Assembly (NCBI GenBank): GCA_937625935.1
Contig: OW569362.1
Span: 434,001 to 498,000, forward strand
Direction of reading: 5' to 3'
DNA from: Tetramitus jugosus
Taxonomy: Eukaryota; Protista; Heterolobosea
Length of the DNA stretch: 64,000 nt
The notes beneath the pieces were generated by a model. The model was not told where the DNA came from. It saw only the letters and a list, made by a program, of their open reading frames with translations, and made no database searches. Both the position numbers and the translations under genes were made by a program. Positions 10,980-22,091 of the stretch are shown piece after piece. How positions within the stretch are numbered: the first letter of the stretch is position 1; each line of letters begins with the position of its first letter.

Positions 10980-12479
10980 TTATTTACAATCCGCTTGCTG
11001 ACTTCTATTGATGCTTCTTTCGTGCTTCAATTGATTCTCCAGCTCTTGCACTCGCTTTTCAAGTCTTGTCACCTGAACAGTATTCAGATTTGAGTAGAGC
11101 ATATTCAACCGGTGTGCCATTTCTTCCTGTTGCCTAATTTTGCTCCGATCCATCTCACCAGCAATACTGGCATTGCCTGGAGAACTCATTGTTGTCATTG
11201 TGGACGATGGTTTGAAGAGATTAGAGTGAGACATGAGCAGAGAGGAACCAGGTGTCACAGGAGAGAGAACTGGCGAAATGTTCATCGTGCTGTTCGAAGA
11301 TTGAGAAACAGCCGATGGTGGCGTTGTCATAATCAGAGGTGACTGGCCATAATACGATTGTTGCTGTTGCTGCTGTTGTTGTTGAAGATGATGATGGTGG
11401 TGATAGTGGGAAGGAAGTGGCGTGTGTCTTGGGTTCGATTGAGCCATCTGAACCAACACTGCCAAATTTCTCTGCACGTGCTTTATCGTTTGAAAGTATG
11501 CCTGCTTCACTTGGGCACTATCCGTCTCGTGCTGCAAAAAATTGGTCCAATACTTTTGCCATGGAGAAATAAACAAGTCTTGAAACTGGGAATACATGTT
11601 CATGCCTGTGCTATTGTTGCCGAATCCCTCTGCTGCAGCACCACTACTATTGATACCACCATCATAGTCATCATCACCATCACCATCACCATTACTACCA
11701 CCACTATTGACATTACTCATACTATACAATGTGCTTTGATTATCATCATTGCTGTTCATCACATGCACATAATCAATTTCATCTCCTCGGTCAACACCCA
11801 TCATTGACGAATCAATTTTCAAGTTTTTAGCTACTCTCTTACGTGCAGCTCTCCTTGCTTCTCTTGATTTTTGAGGTGACAATGCATTATTTACAAAGTT
11901 ATTATTCTTATTATTAGTATTAGTACTAGTAGTAGCAGTATTCAAGTATGATTGATCCATATGTTGTACATGATGTTTAGCATGTAATCGATTATTATTC
12001 TGAGCAGTGTTGATAATCATTGATTCTGAACTGATATCATTATCACTAAAGTCACTCATGTTATTCCTCAACTTTCTTTGCTTACTATTGTTAAAGTTGT
12101 TTCGTTTGTTTCTGGGTTCATCATTCATGTTTGACATTTTTTTCACTGCATGACGACCACTCTTACTACTTTTCTTATGATTCAAAGGTTGTTGTTGTTG
12201 TTGTTGTTGTTGACGACTCGTGTGATGATGAATGGGTGGTGTCGTAGCTCCACTCATGGCCATGTGCATTCTCCAATGCAAATCCGATTGATCTCTGTGA
12301 TGTTTCTGAAGAAGTGATAGAGCGTCCAATGCGTTTGAATCACTTGTGGCAATCATGGCTCTACCGAACGAAGAACTGGCACGTGAACTGATGAGTGATG
12401 CTCGATAAAAGTCACACTCGTCTTCGTAGACTTCACTGTGTTGACTGTGGAGGTGACCTCGTACGAGAATGTCATTCAT
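10980..12479 (-). CDS. Hypothetical low-complexity (N/Q/H/S-rich) protein with a C-terminal coiled coil
   Basis: 499-aa ATG-initiated ORF with host-like composition; no recognised domain. Confidence 0.7.
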   Translation of the reverse strand: MNDILVRGHLHSQHSEVYEDECDFYRASLISSRASSSFGRAMIATSDSNALDALSLLQKHHRDQSDLHWRMHMAMSGATTPPIHHHTSRQQQQQQQQPLNHKKSSKSGRHAVKKMSNMNDEPRNKRNNFNNSKQRKLRNNMSDFSDNDISSESMIINTAQNNNRLHAKHHVQHMDQSYLNTATTSTNTNNKNNNFVNNALSPQKSREARRAARKRVAKNLKIDSSMMGVDRGDEIDYVHVMNSNDDNQSTLYSMSNVNSGGSNGDGDGDDDYDGGINSSGAAAEGFGNNSTGMNMYSQFQDLFISPWQKYWTNFLQHETDSAQVKQAYFQTIKHVQRNLAVLVQMAQSNPRHTPLPSHYHHHHHLQQQQQQQQQSYYGQSPLIMTTPPSAVSQSSNSTMNISPVLSPVTPGSSLLMSHSNLFKPSSTMTTMSSPGNASIAGEMDRSKIRQQEEMAHRLNMLYSNLNTVQVTRLEKRVQELENQLKHERSINRSQQADCK

Positions 12480-13185
12480 TTTCGGTTATTGTAGTTGTTG
12501 GTCTGGCTGTTGATCTCCACAGTGCAATAAATAATGATGTTTTGTTGTTGGTCTGTTTTTTTTGTTTCGGCATAGTTTTCGTTGCGGCACTTGTTATCGG
12601 AGGAATCGTTGTAAATATATATTACGACCAGCAATGACAACTCGACACAAGCTACATACAACCCAAGGGTGTTTATTGTCCTCTTGACCAGTCTTTTCAT
12701 GTCTGAATCTCTTCCTTCTTTGTCCCTCGTGAAGCAAGCGGCTCTTCAACATTTTGTGAATAGAAATTCCCCTCAAGAGCTTGTTGGTAAGTTTCTTCCA
12801 TTCTCTTCTTTGGGACCAAACAGTGTGAGAGAGAGTATTGTTCACTTTCCCTGAGTTCATTGAAAACTGTTCAAGAATCCTCTGCTCAAGGAGTGCAGCG
12901 TACTGGAATGAAGATCTTTGAATATGATGATGAGGTTTTCTAACTGATGCTTCTTTTTTCCACACGAGCACCTTGCACTCAACTGACTTGGATCATGAGC
13001 AGCGTACACATATTTTCTGGCCCAATGACTCTGGCTCTTGCCACAACCTTTGCTAATTCTGTCCTATGCATGTAACCTTGAACCAATTTACTCCCGTTAG
13101 ACTCGCAAAAAGAGAAGGGTGTGAAAGGTTATTGTGTTCACACACAGTGAATAGAGGTACATACGACTCTCAAGGATGTGCTCGT

Positions 13186-15291
13186 ATGCGATTTTTTCTT
13201 AAAGTGTTGAGACTCGAATCAGGGACTCACTTTCTTCCAGTGAACACTTATGAGTTTGTGTTCCATCTACTGTGCCAATTCCAAACATGGAATGGTTTCT
13301 CTGAGACATTGGCCAGTGAAGAGAGATGGAACATTTACTGGCGAGCAGCACTCCTCCATACAGCTTTTGAGGAAAAAATTGGTCCGTTCTTCGACATTTA
13401 GCGGACAAATAGTTTCTTTATGCAGTTTGACTTTTTCTATTGCAATACTTCTGGAGTTTACAAGCATTCTTATGGTACTTATGTCGGAGGACATGAGATA
13501 GAGCGTGCAAGAATGCGGACAAGGTTTCAAAGCGAGAACGCCAACAGCAAAATCGATGGTGTGAACCAATTGTTTGATGAACAGTTCAGAGAAACCATCT
13601 CCCTCTTCATCACTTCCAACATGAGAATGCTGATTCCCGAGCTCTTCAAAAAAAATAAAAAAACAAAACAAGAAAAAACAAATGCTGTGTTCCTCGCGGG
13701 TCTTTTGTTCAAGGACGAATCGTCTCTTCATGAACCGCAGTTCTTTCAATATCAAGACCCAGCAACGCAATCAATCACTTGAGATCATTCCAACAACCCA
13801 AGACTTCTATGACGAGAGAACACTTGGTGCCAAGTTTGTTGACAAAACCAAGATGATTGAAAGAATCATTAGACGAGAATGTGGGAAGAAGATTGTCTTT
13901 GCAAGACCAAGAAAGATGGGAAAATCTCTGACTGCTGAACAAATGAAACTTGTTGCCTTGGGAAAAAGAGAAGCATTTGGACCATTGGAGAACAATGAAC
14001 AACAATTTGAGATTTACCTCTGAGGATTTGTTCTCAAAATTGAAAAACATGCCTGTACTACATTTAGATTTTTCTGCCATGGATGTAAATGATCCCGTTT
14101 TAGGAATCACACGTGAACTCAGGAACAACTTTGAGGAGAACAGATTGTAAGTTCCATCGGATGTTGAAGAAGAGTTTAGCAAAATGAGCGGTCTTGTAGA
14201 GATGCTAAAATTGACTGTTCGATACTTTGCTAGACACTCACCATCTGGACAAATTATCATTTTGATTGATGAATATGACAGTCCAATTACGAAAGCAATT
14301 GCTGAAAATCTGACAGATCAGGCCAATATTTCACTTGCAAAGAAGAATAGAGACGTGCTCAGAGCTTTCTTCTCTCCACTTAAGGCTCTTGGATCAATGA
14401 TTCACTTGTTATTTATTTCTGGTGTGACCAAGTTTTCATATACCAATCTATTCTCATCGATGAATGATCTTGACGATATGTCAACTGATACATCATTGCA
14501 CGCTCTGACAGGATATACATTAGACGAAGTAAGAAATACATACCCGAATGCATATGAGGAACTTGAGCGAAAGTATGGTGCCAACTTGGATGAGAGAATT
14601 ATCAATGAATATAATGGCTACAAATTCTGTACTGATGCAACAGAAGGGCTTCTGAATCCTTGGGATCTGAATCAACTTCTGAAGAAACACCAATTCGAAA
14701 ATTACTGGGCAGCCTGTAGACTTGAGTGAGTTGATCAAACCCTCAACATAAAGAATGCAAAAGTTGAGACAGGATCAACTCGGAAGATTGATCAAATCAT
14801 TTCCTCACCAAATGTTCCGGACAATACAAGGAGAGAAGCTTGTTGGTAAGATTGAAGCTGTGTATGCAGCAGCATTGTATGTATCACTGCTTCATTTGAA
14901 ACGCTATTTCCCCCACCTTACTTTTTTGGCAGAAGGATCCATGCTGGACGGAACTCTGGATCTCTTCATCAAATTGAAGCGATCAGTGCATATTATCGAG
15001 TACAAAGTTGTGCAGGACAAATCAAAGAAAGGTCTGTCAGTGTTCAAGAATCAAGCTTTTGCACAGATGAAGCAGAAGAATTATGCGAATCATCATCTGA
15101 TCTTGCAATCCAGATCTGATTTGAAGTTGCATCTCACTGTTTTTGTTTTTGATATTGAAGACAGTAGATTTGGAGACAATCGAGGAAGATGATAGTATAG
15201 GTGAGGTACATATTGAAGAATTCTCCCTTGAAGAATTGCTCAGACCAGAAATCGAGAGCTCACATCACGATGCCGATAGAAAACTAAACTG
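13186..15291 (+). pseudogene. Disrupted AAA-ATPase-like + PD-(D/E)xK nuclease gene (bacterial AAA-ATPase_like/PDDEXK_9 architecture)
   Basis: FVDKTKMI, Walker A ARPRKMGKS, VLHLDFS, Walker B IILIDEYDSP, FISGVTKFS, YNGYKF, NPWDL, NYW, then GTLDLFI...IIEYKV...AFAQMKQKNYA. Broken by stops at 13399 and 14148, frameshifts near 13775, 14015 and 15180, and an apparent deletion near 14720-14750. The 5' boundary is approximate. Confidence 0.85.
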
Positions 15292-15799
15292 ATTGCGTCA
15301 ATCGAAACAAGGTGTAAACATGGTAAATAAAATAAAATGATTCTTATGTAGGTATGTGTAACTATGCTGGAGGAATGATGACATTCGAACTCTCCTCCCC
15401 CTTTCGGAAACCGATTTTGGTGTGGGTGGCTTTTGACACTTCAGGAATGTGGTACATGCTGGAGCCACAAGAAAACTGCGCCTCATTGTGCCTGTCCTGG
15501 CACTGTCACTCCCATGATGCTATACCTAACTCTCCAGTTCCTTTGGATCAACTCAAACAATTCTTCTTCTCTTGCTCGAACATTCCCACCATAAACTCTG
15601 CGAACACTCTGCCGGCGATTGAGCATCATATGATGAACAATTGTTTGGCGAACAAGGACAGATATACTTGTTTGTTGTACTCCCTCAATCCCACTACTTT
15701 TTGTCCAGAGAGAAGCACACAACTTCTCCAACATTGAGATAACAATATTACCTTGCACTTCCATAAACAGTAATCTTCTTTGATTCCACAACCTGCCCT

Positions 15800-16562
15800 C
15801 TGACAGTCAAGGTTCAACCAACACATATGCTCAAGCACTTCAGTATGCAAGAACTCATCCAAAACGTGATGGTGGTTCATGGAATCAATGGTGTGCATCT
15901 TTGATGGTTCGTGCTGGAAACTTGCCAGATGGATCTGTTCGTGAGAGTGCTATATCGTGCCAGTACAATTGTTTCAAGAGATATCAATGCTGCTCCACCT
16001 GGTGCTTTCCATTGGTGGGACATTGGTTAATATGGACATGATCCTATGGCAACTGATCGAGGTTGGGCTTTGGTGGCTTCTCGCAATGTGAGAGAATCAT
16101 GGGGAGATTCTATTGGTGTCACTCCAGTTGATGGCTACACAAGCAGAACTGGTGCTCGTTATCTCGGTTGTCCTATGATTATGTTGGATCAGAGATTGCT
16201 GATGTTCGTCGCCCAGGTCCTCGTCCTCCTGGTCCAACTCCTCCATCAGGTCCTGTACCTCAAACATTGACTGCTGTGGATGGAGTTCCCGGAAATATCT
16301 ATCATAGACGTCTGCAATTGTTTTCCAGCAAGAATGGATATACTGGACCTCTTGATGGTCAAATGGGAAAGAACTCTTGGGCTGGTGTCCAGAGAGGATT
16401 GAGACAATTTGGATATACTGGTCCAGATGATGGTGCCCAGGTGCAAATACATGCAAGGCAATGCAAGTCGCTGCCCAGAGATTTGGTTATAGCGGTCCAA
16501 TTGATGGATCCATGGGTGCCAACTCTTACAGAGGCTTCGCAAAGTTCTTAAACACCTTGTAA
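15800..16562 (+). pseudogene. Disrupted NlpC/P60-(CHAP)-like peptidoglycan hydrolase with a Pro linker and C-terminal peptidoglycan-binding repeats
   Basis: Manual frame-stitching gives YARTHPKRDGGSWNQWCASLMVRAG...APPGAFHWWDIG*YGH...GARYLG(W)SYDY-PGPRPPGPTPPSGP-DGVPG...GYTGPLDGQMGKNSW...GYTGPDDG-PGANT...GYSGPIDGSMGANSYRGFAKFLNTL*. Frameshifts near 15955, 16170 and 16436; in-frame TAA at 16028. Confidence 0.75.
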
Positions 16563-16725
16563 TGCATAAAACCCTTGATTGTGAACAACATTTTGCAAAG
16601 TTCTTGAACAACTTGAAAGATAGATAATCTTCTTTTATGAATTCGTTTTATCTGCCCGTGGTCAAGGTACTGTTAATCTCGTACCGAGTAATTGCGTAAT
16701 CAATGAAGCGTTCTTCTGTAGCAGT

Positions 16726-16810
16726 TCTTCCCGCCACCAGCTCTTCCCGCCAGGGATTCCGATAACGGCTGGTTTTACGATTTGATAAAATTTTGGTGGA
16801 CCATATAAAA
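16726..16810 (+). promoter_or_regulatory. Tandem TCTTCCCGCCA direct repeat (E2F-like) plus a TATA-like element upstream of the orphan ORF
   Basis: TCTTCCCGCCA at 16726-16736 and 16742-16752; CATATAAAA at ~16802-16810; ATG at 16825. Confidence 0.4.
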
Positions 16811-16824
16811 CGAAAAACAACAAA

Positions 16825-17652
16825 ATGAGCAACCTCAACGAATCCCCACAGTGGTCTGACGTAGATATCCAAGTTGATTTTCTTGGAGAGAGGCCCTCCA
16901 CCGTATCGGAGACAGATGGAGAGAGACCCTTCACGGCACCTCCAACCATCAACGTCTATCAACTAGCACAGCACCAACCTCAAGAATCGGACCTTCCTTT
17001 CGACATTGTAAGAAAAAGAAAAATCAGTCAAGTGGTTTATATGAACGACATGGATGAAACACCACCAAAGATGTTCAAATTGGAGAGCTGTCAGGTTTAT
17101 GCAAAAGAAGATATCCACTCATTGCTTCAAGAAATTAACCATAAAGCGAGTGAACAAGATAAGAAATTGAATGATCAAGGCAAGAAATTGAATGAGAAGT
17201 TGAGTGAACAAGCTGAGAAGTTGAGTGAACAAGCTGAGAAGTTGAGTGAGCAAGGTAAGAAATTGAGTGAACAAGCTGAGCAAATAAGGGTACTTCAAAC
17301 TCAAGAACTTGTAAACATTTTGAAATTCAAAAATGTTGAGAACAGTTTGAAGGGTGAGGGAGTTGTCTCAAATGAACTGCTCAAATCAATCCAGAATATC
17401 ATCAAAATGGGAAGAGATGCAAGTTTGGAATCCATCGGCAACGAGCTCTTTGATGAATCGGAATTGGTCTATGTTCGAGGTAATCAAATTGTTGAGTTCT
17501 TATCCGAAGAGACTCGTCCCTTCGATAGCAAATCCAAGAATGTTCGAAAAGTAGTCGCTCAGAGAGTCAAAGACTGGATCAAGTCACAATTTTACCATGA
17601 AAACCAGTCCCAAACACAAGGAGGATCCTCAAGTAGTCTGTCAGAGGAGTAA
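16825..17652 (+). CDS. Orphan protein with heptad tandem repeats (coiled coil)
   Basis: Intact 275-aa ORF with (K/E)KL(S/N)(E/D)Q(A/G) repeats. Confidence 0.7.
   Translation: MSNLNESPQWSDVDIQVDFLGERPSTVSETDGERPFTAPPTINVYQLAQHQPQESDLPFDIVRKRKISQVVYMNDMDETPPKMFKLESCQVYAKEDIHSLLQEINHKASEQDKKLNDQGKKLNEKLSEQAEKLSEQAEKLSEQGKKLSEQAEQIRVLQTQELVNILKFKNVENSLKGEGVVSNELLKSIQNIIKMGRDASLESIGNELFDESELVYVRGNQIVEFLSEETRPFDSKSKNVRKVVAQRVKDWIKSQFYHENQSQTQGGSSSSLSEE
17148..17280 (+). repeat. 21-bp coding tandem repeat (AAGTTGAGTGAACAAGCTGAG-type)
   Basis: About 6 imperfect units are visible, two of them adjacent and identical. Confidence 0.85.
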
Positions 17653-17879
17653 AACTTCATCAAGTATTTTGATCAGTCATAACTACTCTTCAATGTAAGC
17701 TTTGGATACACTGTACTCTGGGTCGAGAATAAAATTTCATTCTTTCAGATTATCTGATCAGAAAACACAATCTGTAGCTCTACAGCCACTCAAGAGTTAG
17801 CTTCATATGAACTTTTTCTTGCTTACTGCCGATTTGCGATGAACCGATATCGTACCATTTCTCATGGACTAATGCTGGC

Positions 17880-18652
17880 TTACGACTCAATCTCAGAGAA
17901 CCTTGATCTTCTGGATGCCATTGTTGTAGCTCTCTTTCTTCTTGGTGTCTTCAATTCAATCGAATACTTGTTCCTATCGTTGAATAATTCAACAATATCG
18001 AGGGATACACCAATCAAATTGTTGGTGATTGCAAACGACTGAAAAATATCAATTTGAACTGGATGGATATCATTGGATAGTTGATACTTAACTCCTGTTG
18101 ATATTGAGGATTCGAGTTCTTGGGCACAGTTTCGCCCCTATTTTTGTTTCCGTTTATGATACAATACAGAATGTGTCAATCCCTTGTGGTTTGCTAAAGG
18201 CTCCCAAACGAAGGGTGGGAGTTGTCTGAGTGTTGTCTAGCGTGGTGTTATCATTGTCTTTTGATTGAATATCTACCCTGCTGGCTCCCAACTTTGCCTT
18301 CTTTTTTAGAGCATCCTTGTACGAAGAGTACCACTGCCTATACTGTTGATTCGAAATCTCTTCTTGTAATAAAACATCAAACTATTGCTCTTGGTACGGG
18401 CCGACCAGAACAAAGATGATCATCACTCATCAACCCTAGTTTCGTATACACCCTACTCGTACAGTTGTCTTCATCGTCACTGTCATACAACTCATGAGAT
18501 ATATTGAACTCTCGATGAAGACCCAAAATATTGGAGGATGAAACGAGGTTAGATGAATGTTCATCATCCTCATCCGGGTGAACCTGGCGATCGTGACGCC
18601 TGGAGTCAGAGTGTAACGTCTCACCATCCTCTTCGCTTGAATTGTATCCCAT
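17880..18652 (-). pseudogene. Decayed ORF remnants of unknown family
   Basis: Successive protein-like frames (MGYNSSEEDG...; FDVLLQEEISNQQYRQWYSSYKDALKKKAKLG...; ELESSISTGVKYQLSNDIHPVQIDIF...) separated by stops and frameshifts. Confidence 0.3.
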
Positions 18653-18740
18653 AAAAGAAGACGCCGTTGGACTGGTCCAGTCGTTTAATACAATATCTCA
18701 CCCATCAACATGTTTATTGCTTGTTGAGTAGTACTGAGGT

Positions 18741-20624
18741 CTAGTCGTCACTAGTTTCCTTCTTCTTCTTTTTCTTCTTCTTTTCACCGTCTGCTTCAGT
18801 GTCCTCCTTGCTCTTCTTCTTGATGGACTTTTTTTTCTTGGTGGTGGAAGAGTCATCAGATGACTTCTTCTTCTTCTTTGGTTTCTCCTCTTCTTGAACA
18901 ACCTTAGTCTTCTTCTTCTTGGAGCTGGAGAAATCATCATCAGAATCACTGGAGAAGTCCATTTGATCCTCATCTGAATCTTGGTCATGCTCGTTCGACA
19001 TGACAGCAACGCGATCTTCATTGACTTCGTCTCCCAAACTGACAAGACTGGCACTTCTTGATCGTCCTTCATTGTTTACCAATTCGTCCTTTTGTACAGA
19101 GAGATTCGATGGATTGATGGCAGGCGAAGCAATCAATGGAGCAGCTAGGGCATCTTCGTCAGGAGTTTGTACGGCAGGCGCAGTCTTCATGTCGAACATG
19201 AGATTCATCTTTAGCTGTTGCTCAAACTCTTCGATAGACAGTGGCTTTGGAGGAGCGTCGTCAATGGTAAGATCTCCCAAGAAATCAGTCAAATCCTTGA
19301 CAGATGCAGCACTGCTCTTTGATTGCGGTTGCTCGTCATGCAACAAAAAGTCATACGTGGACTCAGCAGTATCTTGGCTGCCATTTGTTGTGTGATCAGC
19401 ACTACCATCAGAGCTGCTCTTGCTACTCTTGCTGCTGACCTTCTTCTTCTTCTTTTTGCCTTCAGATTCGTCAGCATCAGAAGATTTTTTGGACTTTTTA
19501 GTGGACGTTTTCTTTGTCTTTTTCACTTCTTCTTCTTCGTCCTTGTTATTTACACGTTTACTCGTCGTCTTCTTCTTTGTCTTTGAACCAAAATCGTCAT
19601 CACCACTCTCATTTTCAGCTTCTCCGCTGCTCTTGGCATCCTTCGCATCACCTACAGTTGGAGACACAGACTCGATTCCATCACTAAAATCAAACGATAG
19701 CAATGCGGTTGATCTCTTCTTCTCAGGCTTCTTCACCTTCTTTGAAGACTTGAAATCATCATCCTCACTATCATCACTTTCCTCCTCGTCTTCTGATTCA
19801 TGTTTTGCGGCGGCAGCTGCCTTCTTCTTCTTCTTGAGCTGTTCTTCCTTCAACTTTTTTGCTTGTAATTCCTCCTTTTTCATTCTTGCGTCCGTTGTGT
19901 TCAATGACAATTTGCTTGAGGATGATTTTGTCGCCTTCTTTTGTTTCTCCTTTTCCAATCTTGCTTTCTCTAATAGTTCGCTAGGTGATGACACAGTCTT
20001 ATCCACAAACTTTCGCATGACATACTTGTCTGTAATATGATTTCTCAATAGACTGTTGTTGTACGATTGATTTTTCAAAGAAGAAAAAAAAACGGACCAC
20101 GAGATCACAAGTTAGCTTTTTGTGTTTTGCTCCTTATTTTCGAAAAAATGACAATAATGTCAGTGAAAAAAGAAAAACATACTCTACACCATCAAATTCA
20201 GTTGGTTTCTTCTTGTCAGCAGGCTTATTTCGTTCATAGTACTGAGTACTCTTCACATTACCAATAGCAAACATTGTCTCCATTTGCTTTGGAGTCCAAT
20301 CATCCATTGTAATGGACCGAACAAATGATATGTGAGAGCCCAAGCTACGATGAATACCAGCACATCTCAAACAAATGAAAATTCCGAGATTGGTGCTGGC
20401 CCATGATGGTCCTATGATACATAAGCTTTTATTGTGAATCAACAAGAATTGCAAAAAAAAGAAAAATTGAAAGATGGATTGGTTTATGCAAATGGATGAC
20501 ACATACGTTGAGCAGTGCAATCACAACAAACATTGTTTCCTGGTTGCTTTGATAATTCACTGAGTTGTCTGCGATTTTCTTTTTGTAGCTTTTCCTCTGC
20601 AGCTTTTTTATTTTGTGCTAGCAT
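18741..20624 (-). CDS. ArfGAP (SMAP/AGD-like) with a K/S/D-rich tail; 3 exons
   Basis: PGNNVCCDC...PSWASTNLGIFICLRCAGIHRSLG...VRSITMDDW...GN...ITDKY. Introns 20412-20506 and 20053-20182 (GTATG...AG) restore the frame. Confidence 0.92.
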
Positions 20625-20912
20625 TGTGAAATATGATGGTTGATGATACTTGGATGCTTCTATTCGACCAATACTCTCTCTATGATACACACTCAAAAAT
20701 AATTTATCGTTGTGAAAATTTTTTTTGCTTCCAACGAGAGCTTTCTTGCATGATGTGTGCATGCGAGTCCCCTCTCCAATTCCCAAAAGCAAGAACGACC
20801 ACACGAAAAAAATGGTGTCGCACAATTTTCGGCAAATTTTTGGAAGAATACAAAAAAACTCACCCACCAAGGAAAAGAAACAACAAACAACAATCATCAT
20901 CATCAGTGTATC

Positions 20913-22091
20913 ATGCAACAAAAGAATAGACCATTTAGAATTCTAGATGACGATAATAGTGACTCGAGCAGTGATGAAATGGCTGCCATGACCAACCAGA
21001 ACAACAACAACAACAAACGTCGCATTTCTCTCTCAAAGAACAACAACAACAAATCTACGTCTAGTAGTGACAAAGCTTCAACTATAACGAATGGTCCACA
21101 ACGAAAAAGACCAAAAACAACAAATGATACGATCGTTGTTGATGATGATGATGATGATGAAAATGATTCGACTGTTCAACAGCATTCTCAACTTGACCAC
21201 TCACAGTTGTATCACTTTGATCCAACATTACTCCACACGATTCATCCACAACAATTCTTGGATGCGTCACTGGACGAGATTCGCAATCACAGAAAATCAC
21301 CATGGGAAATGGCATGGAATCAATATGTCAAAACACTCAAACAAAAATATGAACAACAGCAACAGCAACAACCAGAGATGGAAGTAAAGGACATTAATCA
21401 CTTGTATAGCAAGTGGTTACCTGCATTCGAAGAAATGAAGTGTCTAATTGCGCGCAGAGTCGTCAAACAAGTACCACTCAGTCTCACTCAATACACGCAC
21501 TATGATATTCGGATCGATGAACGAAAATGGATGCTGGTTGAGAGCTTACTGTCCGACGTGAATCAATTATTGGAGAGAAATGAACAAAGACCAGAACTCG
21601 ATGTCAAAAAGATGATTTTTCTGGCCAGGAAGCGCACAGAGAGAGAAAAAAGAGAACGGTTTGCATTGGAGGAGAGTCAGAACCAGTGGGAAACGATTCG
21701 ATCAAAGAATGACGAACAACAAATGGAGATTTTTATCATGAAGTTTGGACCAGAGAACGGAAAGAAGAATTATTTTGAGTGGAAAGAGTTGCAAAATTTG
21801 GAGAGCACGTTGACTCACATGAATAAGGCATATGGCAGTAGAGGTCGCAATCAGACGAATGATGCAAAGAGTGGTGGTGGTGGTGGTGGTATTGGTGATG
21901 ATGATGAGTATGGTGTGGGAGCACTGGACATGGCACTCAAGGAATCTGTCAATCGACTGAAACGCTTCGACATTCCTCAATCAAAGGGCAATAGCACAAC
22001 AACAACAAGAAAAACGACAATGGATAGTATCGTATTGCTCGATAAGGACGATGAGGACTATGATGAATTGTTGGATGAGAAATTGTTTTGA
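20913..22091 (+). CDS. Hypothetical coiled-coil protein
   Basis: ATG at 20913 within a long ORF, divergent from ArfGAP; AATAAA at ~22127. Confidence 0.75.
   Translation: MQQKNRPFRILDDDNSDSSSDEMAAMTNQNNNNNKRRISLSKNNNNKSTSSSDKASTITNGPQRKRPKTTNDTIVVDDDDDDENDSTVQQHSQLDHSQLYHFDPTLLHTIHPQQFLDASLDEIRNHRKSPWEMAWNQYVKTLKQKYEQQQQQQPEMEVKDINHLYSKWLPAFEEMKCLIARRVVKQVPLSLTQYTHYDIRIDERKWMLVESLLSDVNQLLERNEQRPELDVKKMIFLARKRTEREKRERFALEESQNQWETIRSKNDEQQMEIFIMKFGPENGKKNYFEWKELQNLESTLTHMNKAYGSRGRNQTNDAKSGGGGGGIGDDDEYGVGALDMALKESVNRLKRFDIPQSKGNSTTTTRKTTMDSIVLLDKDDEDYDELLDEKLF

Noticed and set aside
13399-14150. Possible stop-codon reassignment or programmed frameshifting in the island genes
   Set aside because: The lesions are heterogeneous (TAG, TAA, insertion, deletions), and all host genes use standard stops; ordinary decay is the simpler explanation.
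17148-17280. CRISPR-like appearance of the short repeats
   Set aside because: Head-to-tail 21-bp units with no spacers, in frame within an ORF.
20913-22091. Resemblance to kinetochore coiled-coil proteins (CENP-U-like C-terminus)
   Set aside because: Only a vague EYGVGALDMAL similarity, which is insufficient without a profile search.
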